Shown one piece after another: positions 6,208 through 12,867 of a DNA stretch of 12,937 nt. This DNA comes from a virus. Location: UHGV virus genome UHGV-0262016; one strand, written 5' to 3'. Position 1 is the stretch's first letter, and the number at the start of each line of letters is the position of its first letter. Below the pieces are notes generated by a model, which saw nothing but the letters and a program-made list of their open reading frames with translations, ran no database searches and had not been told where the DNA came from. Made by a program: the position numbers and the translations under genes.

Positions 6208-7169
6208 GTCTTCTTTTTGCTGAACGTCCGCTGGTTATTAACACGCATCTGGCGATGAAAATTGGCCTGAACGAAGCCATCGTGTTGCAGCAGCTGCATT
6301 ACTGGTTGAGAGATACCGGTTCCGGCATGGAATGTGATGGTGTTCGCTGGATTTATAACACAACAGAACAATGGCTGGAACAGTTCCCGTTCTGGTCAGA
6401 GTCAACGTTAAAACGCGCATTTGCAAGTCTGAAAACGCTGGGGCTTTTGCGTTGCGAAAAGCTCAACAAATCAAAGCGTGACATGACTAATTTTTACACG
6501 ATTAATTACGAGAGCGAGCTTTTAGATGGTGGCAAAGTGAGCGAATCCATCAGGTCAAAATGCGCTGCTCCATCAGGTCAAAATGACACGATGGAAGAGG
6601 TCAAAATGAAACGCTCCATTGGTTCAAAACGACCCAATGTCATCGGGTCAAAATGGCCCGATGATCTTACAGAGAATACAACAGAGATTACTACAGAGAA
6701 TAAAAATACTTCTCGTCCGGAAGCTTCGCAACCGGACCCGCAGACGGCTGAACAGGATTTTTTAACCCGGCACCCTGACGCGGTTGTGTTCAGTGCGAAA
6801 AAACGCCGATGGGGAAGCCAGGAAGATTTGGCGTGTGCGCAGTGGATCTGGGGGCGGGTTGTAAACCTGTACGAACAGGCTGCCAGCGACGATGGCGAGA
6901 TCACGCGACCGAAAGAGCCCAACTGGACGGAATGGGCCAATGACGTGCGCACAATGCGGATGCTTGATGGCAGAACTCACAGGCAAATTTGCGAAATGTT
7001 TGGTCGGGTACAGCGGGATCCCTTTTGGGTAAAAAATATCATGAGTCCGTCAAAGCTTCGTGAAAAATGGGACGAACTGGTCATCCGCCTGGGGCGTTCG
7101 CCTGTACAGCGTTGTGTGAATCACATTTCTGAACCGGACACTGAAATTCCGCCGGGGTTCAGGGGGTGA
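6204..7169 (+). CDS. Replication initiator (lambda O-like origin-binding protein) with the origin iterons inside its coding sequence
   Basis: 321-aa ORF. Its central linker is encoded by five ~23-bp iterons followed by an AT-rich repeat block, the hallmark of lambdoid O genes. Confidence 0.7.
   Translation: MSLLFAERPLVINTHLAMKIGLNEAIVLQQLHYWLRDTGSGMECDGVRWIYNTTEQWLEQFPFWSESTLKRAFASLKTLGLLRCEKLNKSKRDMTNFYTINYESELLDGGKVSESIRSKCAAPSGQNDTMEEVKMKRSIGSKRPNVIGSKWPDDLTENTTEITTENKNTSRPEASQPDPQTAEQDFLTRHPDAVVFSAKKRRWGSQEDLACAQWIWGRVVNLYEQAASDDGEITRPKEPNWTEWANDVRTMRMLDGRTHRQICEMFGRVQRDPFWVKNIMSPSKLREKWDELVIRLGRSPVQRCVNHISEPDTEIPPGFRG
6545..6702. repeat. Putative phage replication origin: five iterons (core GGTCAAAATG at 6553, 6576, 6599, ~6621, 6646) plus three 12-bp-phased ACAGAGA(A/T)TA repeats (6669, 6681, 6693)
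   Basis: Iteron copies 1 and 2 share 17 identical bases (TCCATCAGGTCAAAATG). Spacing is 22-25 bp (about two helical turns). An AT-rich block follows immediately. Confidence 0.65.
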
Positions 7170-7209
7170 GTGTTGATTTCAGGTTATGAGGTAATTTTCA
7201 GGAGGGCTT

Positions 7210-7629
7210 GTGGCAAAAGTATTTACACAAGAAGAGCGGGAAAAAATTAAAGGGCAGGTTATTGAACTTGTACACCAGAGTGGGCGCGAGACGTTACGGC
7301 AACTGGAAGCCAAGACAGGTGCGACAAGATATCTGATGAGCGTTCTCGCAAGAGAGCTGGTTGCCAGTGGGGATGTATACAACTCTGGCTACGGGTTATT
7401 CCCGTCAGAACAGGCTCGTAAGGACTGGCAAAACGCCCGCAAAAAACTCTCGAGAGCAAAGCTGAAGAAAACATCTGTGGTTGATCCGGACCTTATCTGG
7501 TCGTTACCAGACGGAGAAATACGCCGCTACGACAGGCGTCAGAACATAATCTGTCGCGAGTGCCGGAGAAGTGAAGTTATGCAGCGAGTTTTGATGTTTT
7601 ACAGGGGTAATAACGGAGCAACGATATGA
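7210..7629 (+). CDS. Hypothetical 139-aa protein with a possible N-terminal winged-helix/HTH segment
   Basis: GTG start at 7210 with SD GGAGG 4 nt upstream; stop overlaps the next start (ATGA). Product begins MAKVFTQEEREKIKGQVIELVHQSGRETLRQLEAKTGATRYLMSVLARELV. Confidence 0.5.
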   Translation: MAKVFTQEEREKIKGQVIELVHQSGRETLRQLEAKTGATRYLMSVLARELVASGDVYNSGYGLFPSEQARKDWQNARKKLSRAKLKKTSVVDPDLIWSLPDGEIRRYDRRQNIICRECRRSEVMQRVLMFYRGNNGATI

Positions 7630-7925
7630 GGGTTTATATCGCAGGGCCGATGACCGGGTATAAAAATTTCAATCGTGAGGCGTTTCACAAGGCAGAAGAG
7701 AAGCTGAAACGGGAAGGGCATACCGTCTTAAACCCGGCAGTACTTCCAGACGGGCTGACACAGCCACACTACATGGATATTTGCATGGCAATGATTCGTT
7801 GTGTGGATGCGATTTACATGCTGAAAGGCTGGCAGCGGTCAGCAGGCGCTAAGGCAGAACTGGCGCTGGCGGCGAAACTGGGGCATGAGGTTGTATTTCA
7901 GGAGGCAACCAGTGAGCAAGATTGA
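7626..7925 (+). CDS. Small protein with a YIAGPMTG N-terminal motif (nucleoside 2-deoxyribosyltransferase-like / DUF4406-like fold)
   Basis: Product MRVYIAGPMTGYKNFNREAFHKAEEKLKREGHTVLNPAVLP... SD GGAG 7 nt upstream. Family assignment is from motif memory only. Confidence 0.5.
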   Translation: MRVYIAGPMTGYKNFNREAFHKAEEKLKREGHTVLNPAVLPDGLTQPHYMDICMAMIRCVDAIYMLKGWQRSAGAKAELALAAKLGHEVVFQEATSEQD

Positions 7926-8520
7926 CTATCAGGCACTGCGTGAGGCGGCACAGAACGCGAAAGATTTAGGTGGGATTAAGAATTACAAGCGAGGTGAGCA
8001 AGCTGTTGCCGAATTTGAGTCCTTGATAACGGCACACCTTGTGCTGGCACTGCTGGATGAACGGGAAAGAAACCAGCAATACATAAAACGCCGCGATCAG
8101 GAGAACGAGGAAATTGCGCTAACGGTAGGGAAGCTGCGTGTTGAGCTTGAAGCAGAAAAATCAAAACTCAACGAGCAGCGTGAGTATTACGAGGGAGTAA
8201 TCGCGGATGGAAGTAAGCGCATAGCAGAACTGGAAGCACGGGAAATAAAACCAGCCAAAGGCGAAGTTCTTGTCGTTGTATCTGGTTTTACTGGTTGCGG
8301 GAAAAGCGCCATTGCCGGGGAAATAGAAATTGCGATGAAAGCTATTGGTGTGCCGGTTCTATGGACTAATGGCGATGCGGAAAAGCGCATGACAGGAGCT
8401 GACTGGCTGACAGCGATTGAGATGTACAAACCAACTGTGCGCATCGTGGAAGTTAATGTGCCACGCGCCGCTGGCATTCGCATCAAAGGAGAGGAGCATG
8501 CAAATAAAACCAGAAGATGA
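7912..8520 (+). CDS. Hypothetical 202-aa protein with a coiled-coil central region (possibly Ead/Ea22-like)
   Basis: GTG at 7912 with SD GGAGG 6 nt upstream is preferred over the track's ATG at 7885, which lies inside the previous gene. Product starts MSKIDYQALREAAQNAKDLGG... The family suggestion is tentative. Confidence 0.5.
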   Translation: MSKIDYQALREAAQNAKDLGGIKNYKRGEQAVAEFESLITAHLVLALLDERERNQQYIKRRDQENEEIALTVGKLRVELEAEKSKLNEQREYYEGVIADGSKRIAELEAREIKPAKGEVLVVVSGFTGCGKSAIAGEIEIAMKAIGVPVLWTNGDAEKRMTGADWLTAIEMYKPTVRIVEVNVPRAAGIRIKGEEHANKTRR

Positions 8521-8854
8521 GTTAAGTAATATTGTTTTATTTCCGGTAAAAGAGGATGACCCGCGTAATCAGGTTAATTTTCTTTATGAGCCATCGGAAA
8601 GACCATATTGTCATCACGCTTCTGTCCAGGTTGACGAAAAAGAGCGTCAGGTCCGCTGTAAAATCTGCGGTGCAGTTGTGGAGCCGTTTGACTGGATGCT
8701 CTCTGTGGCGAAAAGAGAAACCAGACTGGCAGATGATGTAAGGCTATTGCGCCAGGAGGAACGGGAAAGACGGAAAAATATAGAAAAGTTAATTCAGATT
8801 GAGCGTAACGCGAAAGCGCGGATACGCAGGGCGACAAAATCCAGAACTGAATAA
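8498..8854 (+). CDS. Hypothetical 118-aa protein with Cys/His cluster (CHH...CxxC), possible zinc ribbon
   Basis: ATG at 8498 with SD AGGAGAGGAG immediately upstream; overlaps the end of the previous gene. The track's longer start at 8417 lacks an SD. Confidence 0.5.
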   Translation: MQIKPEDELSNIVLFPVKEDDPRNQVNFLYEPSERPYCHHASVQVDEKERQVRCKICGAVVEPFDWMLSVAKRETRLADDVRLLRQEERERRKNIEKLIQIERNAKARIRRATKSRTE

Positions 8855-8918
8855 TTAAATTTGGCACTGTTAAAAATTTTATCCTTAACCGGAGGGATTT
8901 CTGCACCCTCAGAACATC

Positions 8919-8949
8919 AGGAGGCCGCCCGAAAGGGCGGTAATAAATA
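8919..8949 (+). promoter_or_regulatory. Structured translation-initiation region: SD AGGAGG, then a GC hairpin with GAAA tetraloop (CCGCCC-GAAA-GGGCGG, 8925-8940), then 9 nt to the ATG
   Basis: SD-to-ATG distance is 25 nt in linear sequence but about 9 nt if the 16-nt hairpin forms. A second hairpin GAGGG/CCCTC lies at 8892-8910. Confidence 0.4.
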
Positions 8950-9426
8950 ATGCAAGAAATCAAAGAAAATATCAGACAACAGCTTTACGGGTTTTATATT
9001 GCTTATGATTTGTGGCTGAGTAATGGGGCGAAACCCGGCGGGGTGTTTTCTCAAAGTTATGGTTTATGCGCCAATCTTTTTGATTATCTCACATTAATTG
9101 GTGCCCCCAGCGAAGCGGCACTGGAACAATTACACACGGATTTCAGAAGTACCGGGCTGAATGAGGTGTTGCCATTTAACGAGAGTAAAGGGCATTACTA
9201 TGAAGAAAAAGGGAACAACATGTGCCATATGAATCCGGCGCGGGCGGCGTGGGTCAGGGCACAGATGGTGCAGGCAGTGCCGGACGGACTGGTTAAGGCT
9301 GTACGCTTCTATGAACAGGTAAAGTGTGAGAATCCGCCAGCTGAAACCGGAGCATGGAAAGACGCTGTTGACTGGGTACTCAAGGAGGCCTGCCAGGCTG
9401 TAAACATTGGCAACAAAGGAGAGTGA
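8950..9426 (+). CDS. Hypothetical 158-aa protein
   Basis: ORF starting at ATG 8950 behind the structured leader; its stop abuts the next gene's start. No family recognised. Confidence 0.55.
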   Translation: MQEIKENIRQQLYGFYIAYDLWLSNGAKPGGVFSQSYGLCANLFDYLTLIGAPSEAALEQLHTDFRSTGLNEVLPFNESKGHYYEEKGNNMCHMNPARAAWVRAQMVQAVPDGLVKAVRFYEQVKCENPPAETGAWKDAVDWVLKEACQAVNIGNKGE

Positions 9427-9427
9427 T

Positions 9428-9646
9428 GTGCCTACATTATTCAGAAAAGAATATCCGCGAAAAAGTAGAGCGACAGAATTTTTGTTTCTCATTCTGTTTA
9501 TCGTGTTGATGACACCGATATCCCCGCTAATTTTTGTCTGGGCAATCGGGAAAATAATTGAGCCAGTTATTGAATTGTATAACGACGTGGTATGGGCGTC
9601 ATTCAACACACTGCACAATAAAATTAATCCGTATAAGGAAAGCTGA
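9428..9646 (+). CDS. Small membrane protein (72 aa, one predicted transmembrane helix)
   Basis: GTG at 9428 with SD AAGGAG 6 nt upstream, directly after the previous stop. Hydrophobic core FLFLILFIVLMTPISPLIFVWAIG. The track's TTG start at 9407 was rejected. Confidence 0.4.
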   Translation: MPTLFRKEYPRKSRATEFLFLILFIVLMTPISPLIFVWAIGKIIEPVIELYNDVVWASFNTLHNKINPYKES

Positions 9647-9647
9647 T

Positions 9648-10013
9648 ATGGCACTGACGAAAAAACAACGCGCAGAACTGCGCATGAAGTTCGGTGGTCG
9701 CTGTGCTTATTGCGGCTGTGAACTTGGCGAAAAGTGGCATGCAGACCATGTAAAACCGGTCATTCGTTTTGCTGGAAATATGCTTCACCAGGAGCGTGAC
9801 GATATATCCAACATGGTTCCGGCATGCCACCCATGCAATCTGCACAAGCATTGCAGTAGCCTGGAAGATTATCGGCGAATTATCAGTGATGGTCGTCGTG
9901 AATTCCTTGCGTCCGGGAAAGGCAAAGCGCTGGTTCGTATGGGGTTGGTTGAAATGAAATCTGACCCGGTTGTGTTCTGGTTTGAAAAATATCAAGAAGG
10001 GGCTACGGCATGA
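9648..10013 (+). CDS. HNH endonuclease (121 aa)
   Basis: ATG at 9648 with SD AAGGAA 7 nt upstream. HNH/zinc-finger nuclease signature: CAYCGCEL...WHADHVKP...N...PACHPCNLHK. Confidence 0.7.
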   Translation: MALTKKQRAELRMKFGGRCAYCGCELGEKWHADHVKPVIRFAGNMLHQERDDISNMVPACHPCNLHKHCSSLEDYRRIISDGRREFLASGKGKALVRMGLVEMKSDPVVFWFEKYQEGATA

Positions 10014-10408
10014 CCACTTTTACCAATAGCAAACTAACAGACGAATACGTTTCAAATGCAACGTTGATTCGGCTCATTCTGTGGGCTGACCAGCACAATA
10101 GCCATTATGTTGTAGCGGCTCTGCGCGAGCTACAGGAGCGCCGCAAGGCTGATAGTGTGCCTGTAGAAATCAACGACGACATGGCTTACGCATTCCACCA
10201 TGCGCTTTCTGACTCATCGCCTGGCTCTGATGAAATCGAAGAAATTAAAACCGGGTTGCGTGCTGCCTTTGCCAATGTCACCGTCCAGCCGGTGCTGATA
10301 GTGCCTGATGAAATGGATTTGCTTACCTGCCATCTCGACGGCGTAACTGAAACATATGCTGATGGCTGGAACGCCTGCCGCGCCGCCATGCTTAAGGGAG
10401 ATAAATAA
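10010..10408 (+). CDS. Hypothetical 132-aa protein
   Basis: ATG at 10010 overlaps the HNH stop (ATGA). Acidic product, no family recognised. Confidence 0.55.
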   Translation: MTTFTNSKLTDEYVSNATLIRLILWADQHNSHYVVAALRELQERRKADSVPVEINDDMAYAFHHALSDSSPGSDEIEEIKTGLRAAFANVTVQPVLIVPDEMDLLTCHLDGVTETYADGWNACRAAMLKGDK

Positions 10409-10971
10409 TGATTAATCGAACCAAACTGGAACACATTCTCGAATATGCCAGGCAGCAGAAATGTATTGGGCAACTTTGTAAAATTCCACCAGGAGATATG
10501 GTTGAAATCGTGGAAATGGCCATGCGTAAGGCTGGCAACTCTCCGGTAACTCCGGCTCGCCTGCCTGGTGGTTTCACCATTGAGGATGCGAAGGAGTTAC
10601 ATGAAGACCTGGTTCGCAGCCACATAAGCCAGGCTTTAAGTGGTGAAAAGATGAAAAAGAACGATCGCGATGCTGATTTGCGCTGGATTCATGGCGTTAT
10701 AGTACAGGCAGCGTGGTTTGTGAAAGCTTCACTGGATGCGTTGCCTGAACCGCTGCGGGAGGAGAAGGGAGGAAGTGCCAACTGTACTGCCAGTCATGGT
10801 ACAACCGACAATCCACCAGTACCAGGCAAACAGACTGACGAATTAACCATGCTGGTTAAGCAATTGGTCAGTCAACTGAAGAAAGTGAAGCCGGACTGTA
10901 AATTGCCGGATAAGGCGATGGACTACCTGAAGCGGAACGAACTGATAAGTGCGGAGGATGTTTTGCGATGA
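10408..10971 (+). CDS. Hypothetical 187-aa protein
   Basis: ATG at 10408 overlaps the previous stop (TAATG); SD AAGGGAG 7 nt upstream. Confidence 0.55.
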   Translation: MINRTKLEHILEYARQQKCIGQLCKIPPGDMVEIVEMAMRKAGNSPVTPARLPGGFTIEDAKELHEDLVRSHISQALSGEKMKKNDRDADLRWIHGVIVQAAWFVKASLDALPEPLREEKGGSANCTASHGTTDNPPVPGKQTDELTMLVKQLVSQLKKVKPDCKLPDKAMDYLKRNELISAEDVLR

Positions 10972-11051
10972 CCTGGCCTGAAGCATTCACAACGGTAGGA
11001 ATTGCGATGGCGGTGGCGCTGGTGGTGTATTCGATTTGCCGTTGGGGATAA
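10968..11051 (+). CDS. Possible 27-aa hydrophobic peptide (MTWPEAFTTVGIAMAVALVVYSICRWG)
   Basis: ATG at 10968 overlaps the previous stop (ATGA); SD GGAGG 10 nt upstream. Ends 10 nt before a strong terminator. Too short for statistical support. Confidence 0.3.
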   Translation: MTWPEAFTTVGIAMAVALVVYSICRWG

Positions 11052-11060
11052 CAAACAAAA

Positions 11061-11087
11061 ACCCCGGATTGATGGTCCGGGGTTTTT
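11061..11087 (+). terminator. Strong intrinsic terminator at the end of the rightward early gene cluster
   Basis: Perfect 8-bp stem ACCCCGGA/TCCGGGGT with 7-nt loop, followed by TTTTT; an A-tract lies upstream. Confidence 0.8.
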
Positions 11088-11423
11088 GAAGGAAACAAAA
11101 CAGAAACAACAATTGCCGTTACCTGTTGTTACCATGGCAAGTAAACGCATCTCAGGCGAGCGCATTGCACCGTTCTGACGCAGATAAATTAGCCTGGATA
11201 GATGGTGCTGGCAATAAAAAATAGCGTTTTCTTATCGGTGTCGGTAAGATTGCTGCGGGTGCTTGAGGCTGTCTGCCTCGGGCATGCCACTGTAAGGCAG
11301 GCAGAGAAAAGCCCCAGTTAACATTACGCGTCCGGCAAGACGCTTAACATTAATCTGAGGCTCCCTATGCATGACAACATCAGGTTAGCCTCTTACGTGC
11401 CGAAAGGCAAGGAGAAGCAGGCT

Positions 11424-11579
11424 ATGAAGCAGCAAAAGGCGATGTTAATCGCCCTGATCGTCATCTGTTTAACCGTCATAGTGACGGCACTGGTAACGAG
11501 GAAAGACCTCTGCGAGGTACGAATCCGAACCGGCCAGACGGAGGTCGCTGTCTTCGTAGACTACGAATCTAGAGAGTAA
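11424..11579 (+). CDS. hokD: Hok/Gef-family type I toxin (51 aa), HokD/RelF-like
   Basis: Product MKQQKAMLIALIVICLTVIVTALVTRKDLCEVRIRTGQTEVAVFVDYESRE is a Hok-family signature, nearly identical to HokD/RelF as recalled. SD GGAG 9 nt upstream. An in-frame upstream ATG at 11367 (SD GAGG 6 nt upstream) gives a 70-aa mok-like extended frame. Confidence 0.8.
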   Translation: MKQQKAMLIALIVICLTVIVTALVTRKDLCEVRIRTGQTEVAVFVDYESRE

Positions 11580-11649
11580 GAGTGACCAGGCGGGGGAGAA
11601 ATCCCTCGCCACCTCTGATGTGTCAGGCATCCTCAACGCACCCGCACTT

Positions 11650-11670
11650 AACCCGCTTCGGCGGGTTTTT
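11650..11670 (+). terminator. Intrinsic terminator at the hok mRNA 3' end
   Basis: AACCCGC-TTCG-GCGGGTT followed by TTTTT. The same 20-bp core recurs at 12498-12517. Confidence 0.75.
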
Positions 11671-11685
11671 CGTCGCATTATGAGG

Positions 11686-11733
11686 TTGTAATTTTAGCTA
11701 CCATTAGACTATCCTAAGGATCTCAAACAGATC
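11686..11733 (+). promoter_or_regulatory. Candidate promoter (-35 TTGTAA 11686-11691, -10 TATCCT 11710-11715) with an adjacent inverted repeat GATCT-N5-AGATC (11719-11733) upstream of the Doc-module ORFs
   Basis: Hexamers with an 18-bp spacer. The palindrome contains two GATC sites and sits at the predicted transcription start, the usual place for an autorepression operator. Confidence 0.35.
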
Positions 11734-11796
11734 TATTTTGCATCAAATTTGGTGCATGGCTTTGCCAATAATCGGAAAACAAAAGGACTCATTAGT

Positions 11797-11976
11797 ATGA
11801 GCTGCCCACTCAAAAAACACACGCGGTTGAGTATTCCGCCTCGCGATAAAAGCGTTGTGGCAGTCCCTCGCCCAGCGATTGATGAAAACTGCGCACATCG
11901 TGAACAAGTGAAAAATGCTTTTGATTTCGGTTTTTCTCGTTATGAGAAAGCCATGGAAGAACTTTCAAAAGTGTAA
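11797..11976 (+). CDS. Small ORF upstream of the Doc-family toxin; candidate antitoxin of non-Phd type
   Basis: ATG at 11797 with SD AAGGA 9 nt upstream. Product MSCPLKKHTRLSIPPRDKSVVAVPRPAIDENCAHREQVKNAFDFGFSRYEKAMEELSKV (59 aa). Ends about 20 nt before the toxin start. Role inferred only from its position. Confidence 0.45.
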   Translation: MSCPLKKHTRLSIPPRDKSVVAVPRPAIDENCAHREQVKNAFDFGFSRYEKAMEELSKV

Positions 11977-11994
11977 TGATGGGTATTGTGCTCT

Positions 11995-12480
11995 ATGGCT
12001 GAGATTGTTGAAGGAGTGCATTACCTTACGGTTGATGATCTTGTTGAAATCAATCGTTCCCTAATTGAATTACAGACGCCAGATGAGCCCGTTGGTGTTC
12101 TGAGTCCAGATAACTTAAGTTCTTCTCAGGCCCGTCCCAGCATGGTTCGATGGTATGAACAGACTAATGACATGTTTGTACTGGCATCGGTATTGATTGA
12201 AAGTCTGATTCAGAATCACCCGTTTGCTAATGCGAACAAACGAACAGCTATGATGGCTGGTTACGTCTTCTTGTTGTTGAATGGCTATGAGTTAACAGCA
12301 CCAGGCGATGAAATCGTGGAAATGGCAGAGGGACTGGCCTGCAAAATCTATACTCGAGAAGATCTCGAGAACTGGTTGTGTTATTGGTCTCGCGCGTATG
12401 ACAGCCGGGAATTATGTAAAACAGGCGCAACTATTGTTTTGTATGAAACTATCAAGCTTAAAATAGAACAGCAAAACTAA
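11995..12480 (+). CDS. Doc-family (Fic/Doc fold) toxin, 161 aa
   Basis: Contains the Doc signature H-x-F-x-N-A-N-K-R (HPFANANKRTAMMAGYVFLLLNGYEL); the N-terminal segment (YLTVDDLVEINRSLIE) is also Doc-like. Start taken as ATG 11995; a TTG at 11986 is possible. Confidence 0.75.
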   Translation: MAEIVEGVHYLTVDDLVEINRSLIELQTPDEPVGVLSPDNLSSSQARPSMVRWYEQTNDMFVLASVLIESLIQNHPFANANKRTAMMAGYVFLLLNGYELTAPGDEIVEMAEGLACKIYTREDLENWLCYWSRAYDSRELCKTGATIVLYETIKLKIEQQN

Positions 12481-12496
12481 AGGTGCTTCCAATGAA

Positions 12497-12518
12497 AACC
12501 CGCTTCGGCGGGTTTTTT
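12497..12518 (+). terminator. Intrinsic terminator after the Doc gene (second copy of the 20-bp terminator repeat)
   Basis: AAAACCCGC-TTCG-GCGGG followed by TTTTTT; core identical to 11651-11670. Confidence 0.75.
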
Positions 12519-12593
12519 GTTTTACGTATTCTGGTTTACAATCCACAGGCCAGCCTGAACAACTGGCACCTGCTGCGCCAGCAGAGAAAACCG

Positions 12594-12866
12594 ATGGCGC
12601 ACAATACCAAACATCACAATTCTGATACCGACCTTGCCAGCAGGCACGGGCGGCGTTCTCATACATTCAAATATGACTGGTACCAGCATGATCCATGCAC
12701 TGAAGAACAGGCCGAATGGCTGATTCAGAACTACCGCAGACGCGGATACGAGATTAAGAAAGCCCTCAGCCTCGATTATCGTCACTGGATAATCTACGTC
12801 AGGCTGCCGTACTCCGAGCGCCCACCGCGTCCGTCCCGTACATTCCAGCAACGCATCTGGAGGTAA
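12594..12866 (+). CDS. Hypothetical 90-aa basic protein (possibly Rem-like by position after hok)
   Basis: Start taken as ATG 12594 because the upstream part of track ORF 12483..12866 runs across the terminator hairpin. SD is weak. Positional analogy to Qin rem only. Confidence 0.4.
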   Translation: MAHNTKHHNSDTDLASRHGRRSHTFKYDWYQHDPCTEEQAEWLIQNYRRRGYEIKKALSLDYRHWIIYVRLPYSERPPRPSRTFQQRIWR

Positions 12867-12867
12867 C

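Noticed and set aside
6238-6986. Minus-strand ORFs within the replication initiator gene (6238..6426, 6578..6952, 6762..6986)
   Set aside because: Antisense shadows of the 321-aa initiator gene; the iteron repeats keep frames open artificially.
9407-9427. TTG start at 9407 for the small membrane protein, and TTG at 11986 for the Doc-like gene
   Set aside because: In-frame GTG 9428 (SD AAGGAG at 6 nt) and ATG 11995 are better supported; the TTG starts lack SDs.
8574-9995. Long minus-strand ORFs (8574..8963, 9130..9654, 9624..9995)
   Set aside because: Antisense to a chain of plus-strand genes with SDs and coupled stop/starts; products are low-complexity with no SD; judged to be shadow ORFs.
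11469-11678. Track ORF 11469..11678 (-) antisense to hok
   Set aside because: Arg-rich product overlapping the hok CDS and terminator; any antisense function here is expected to be a non-coding Sok-like RNA further upstream.
12483-12593. Upstream starts (12483/12492) for the 12594..12866 gene
   Set aside because: They would place the start codon inside the terminator hairpin (12497-12518).
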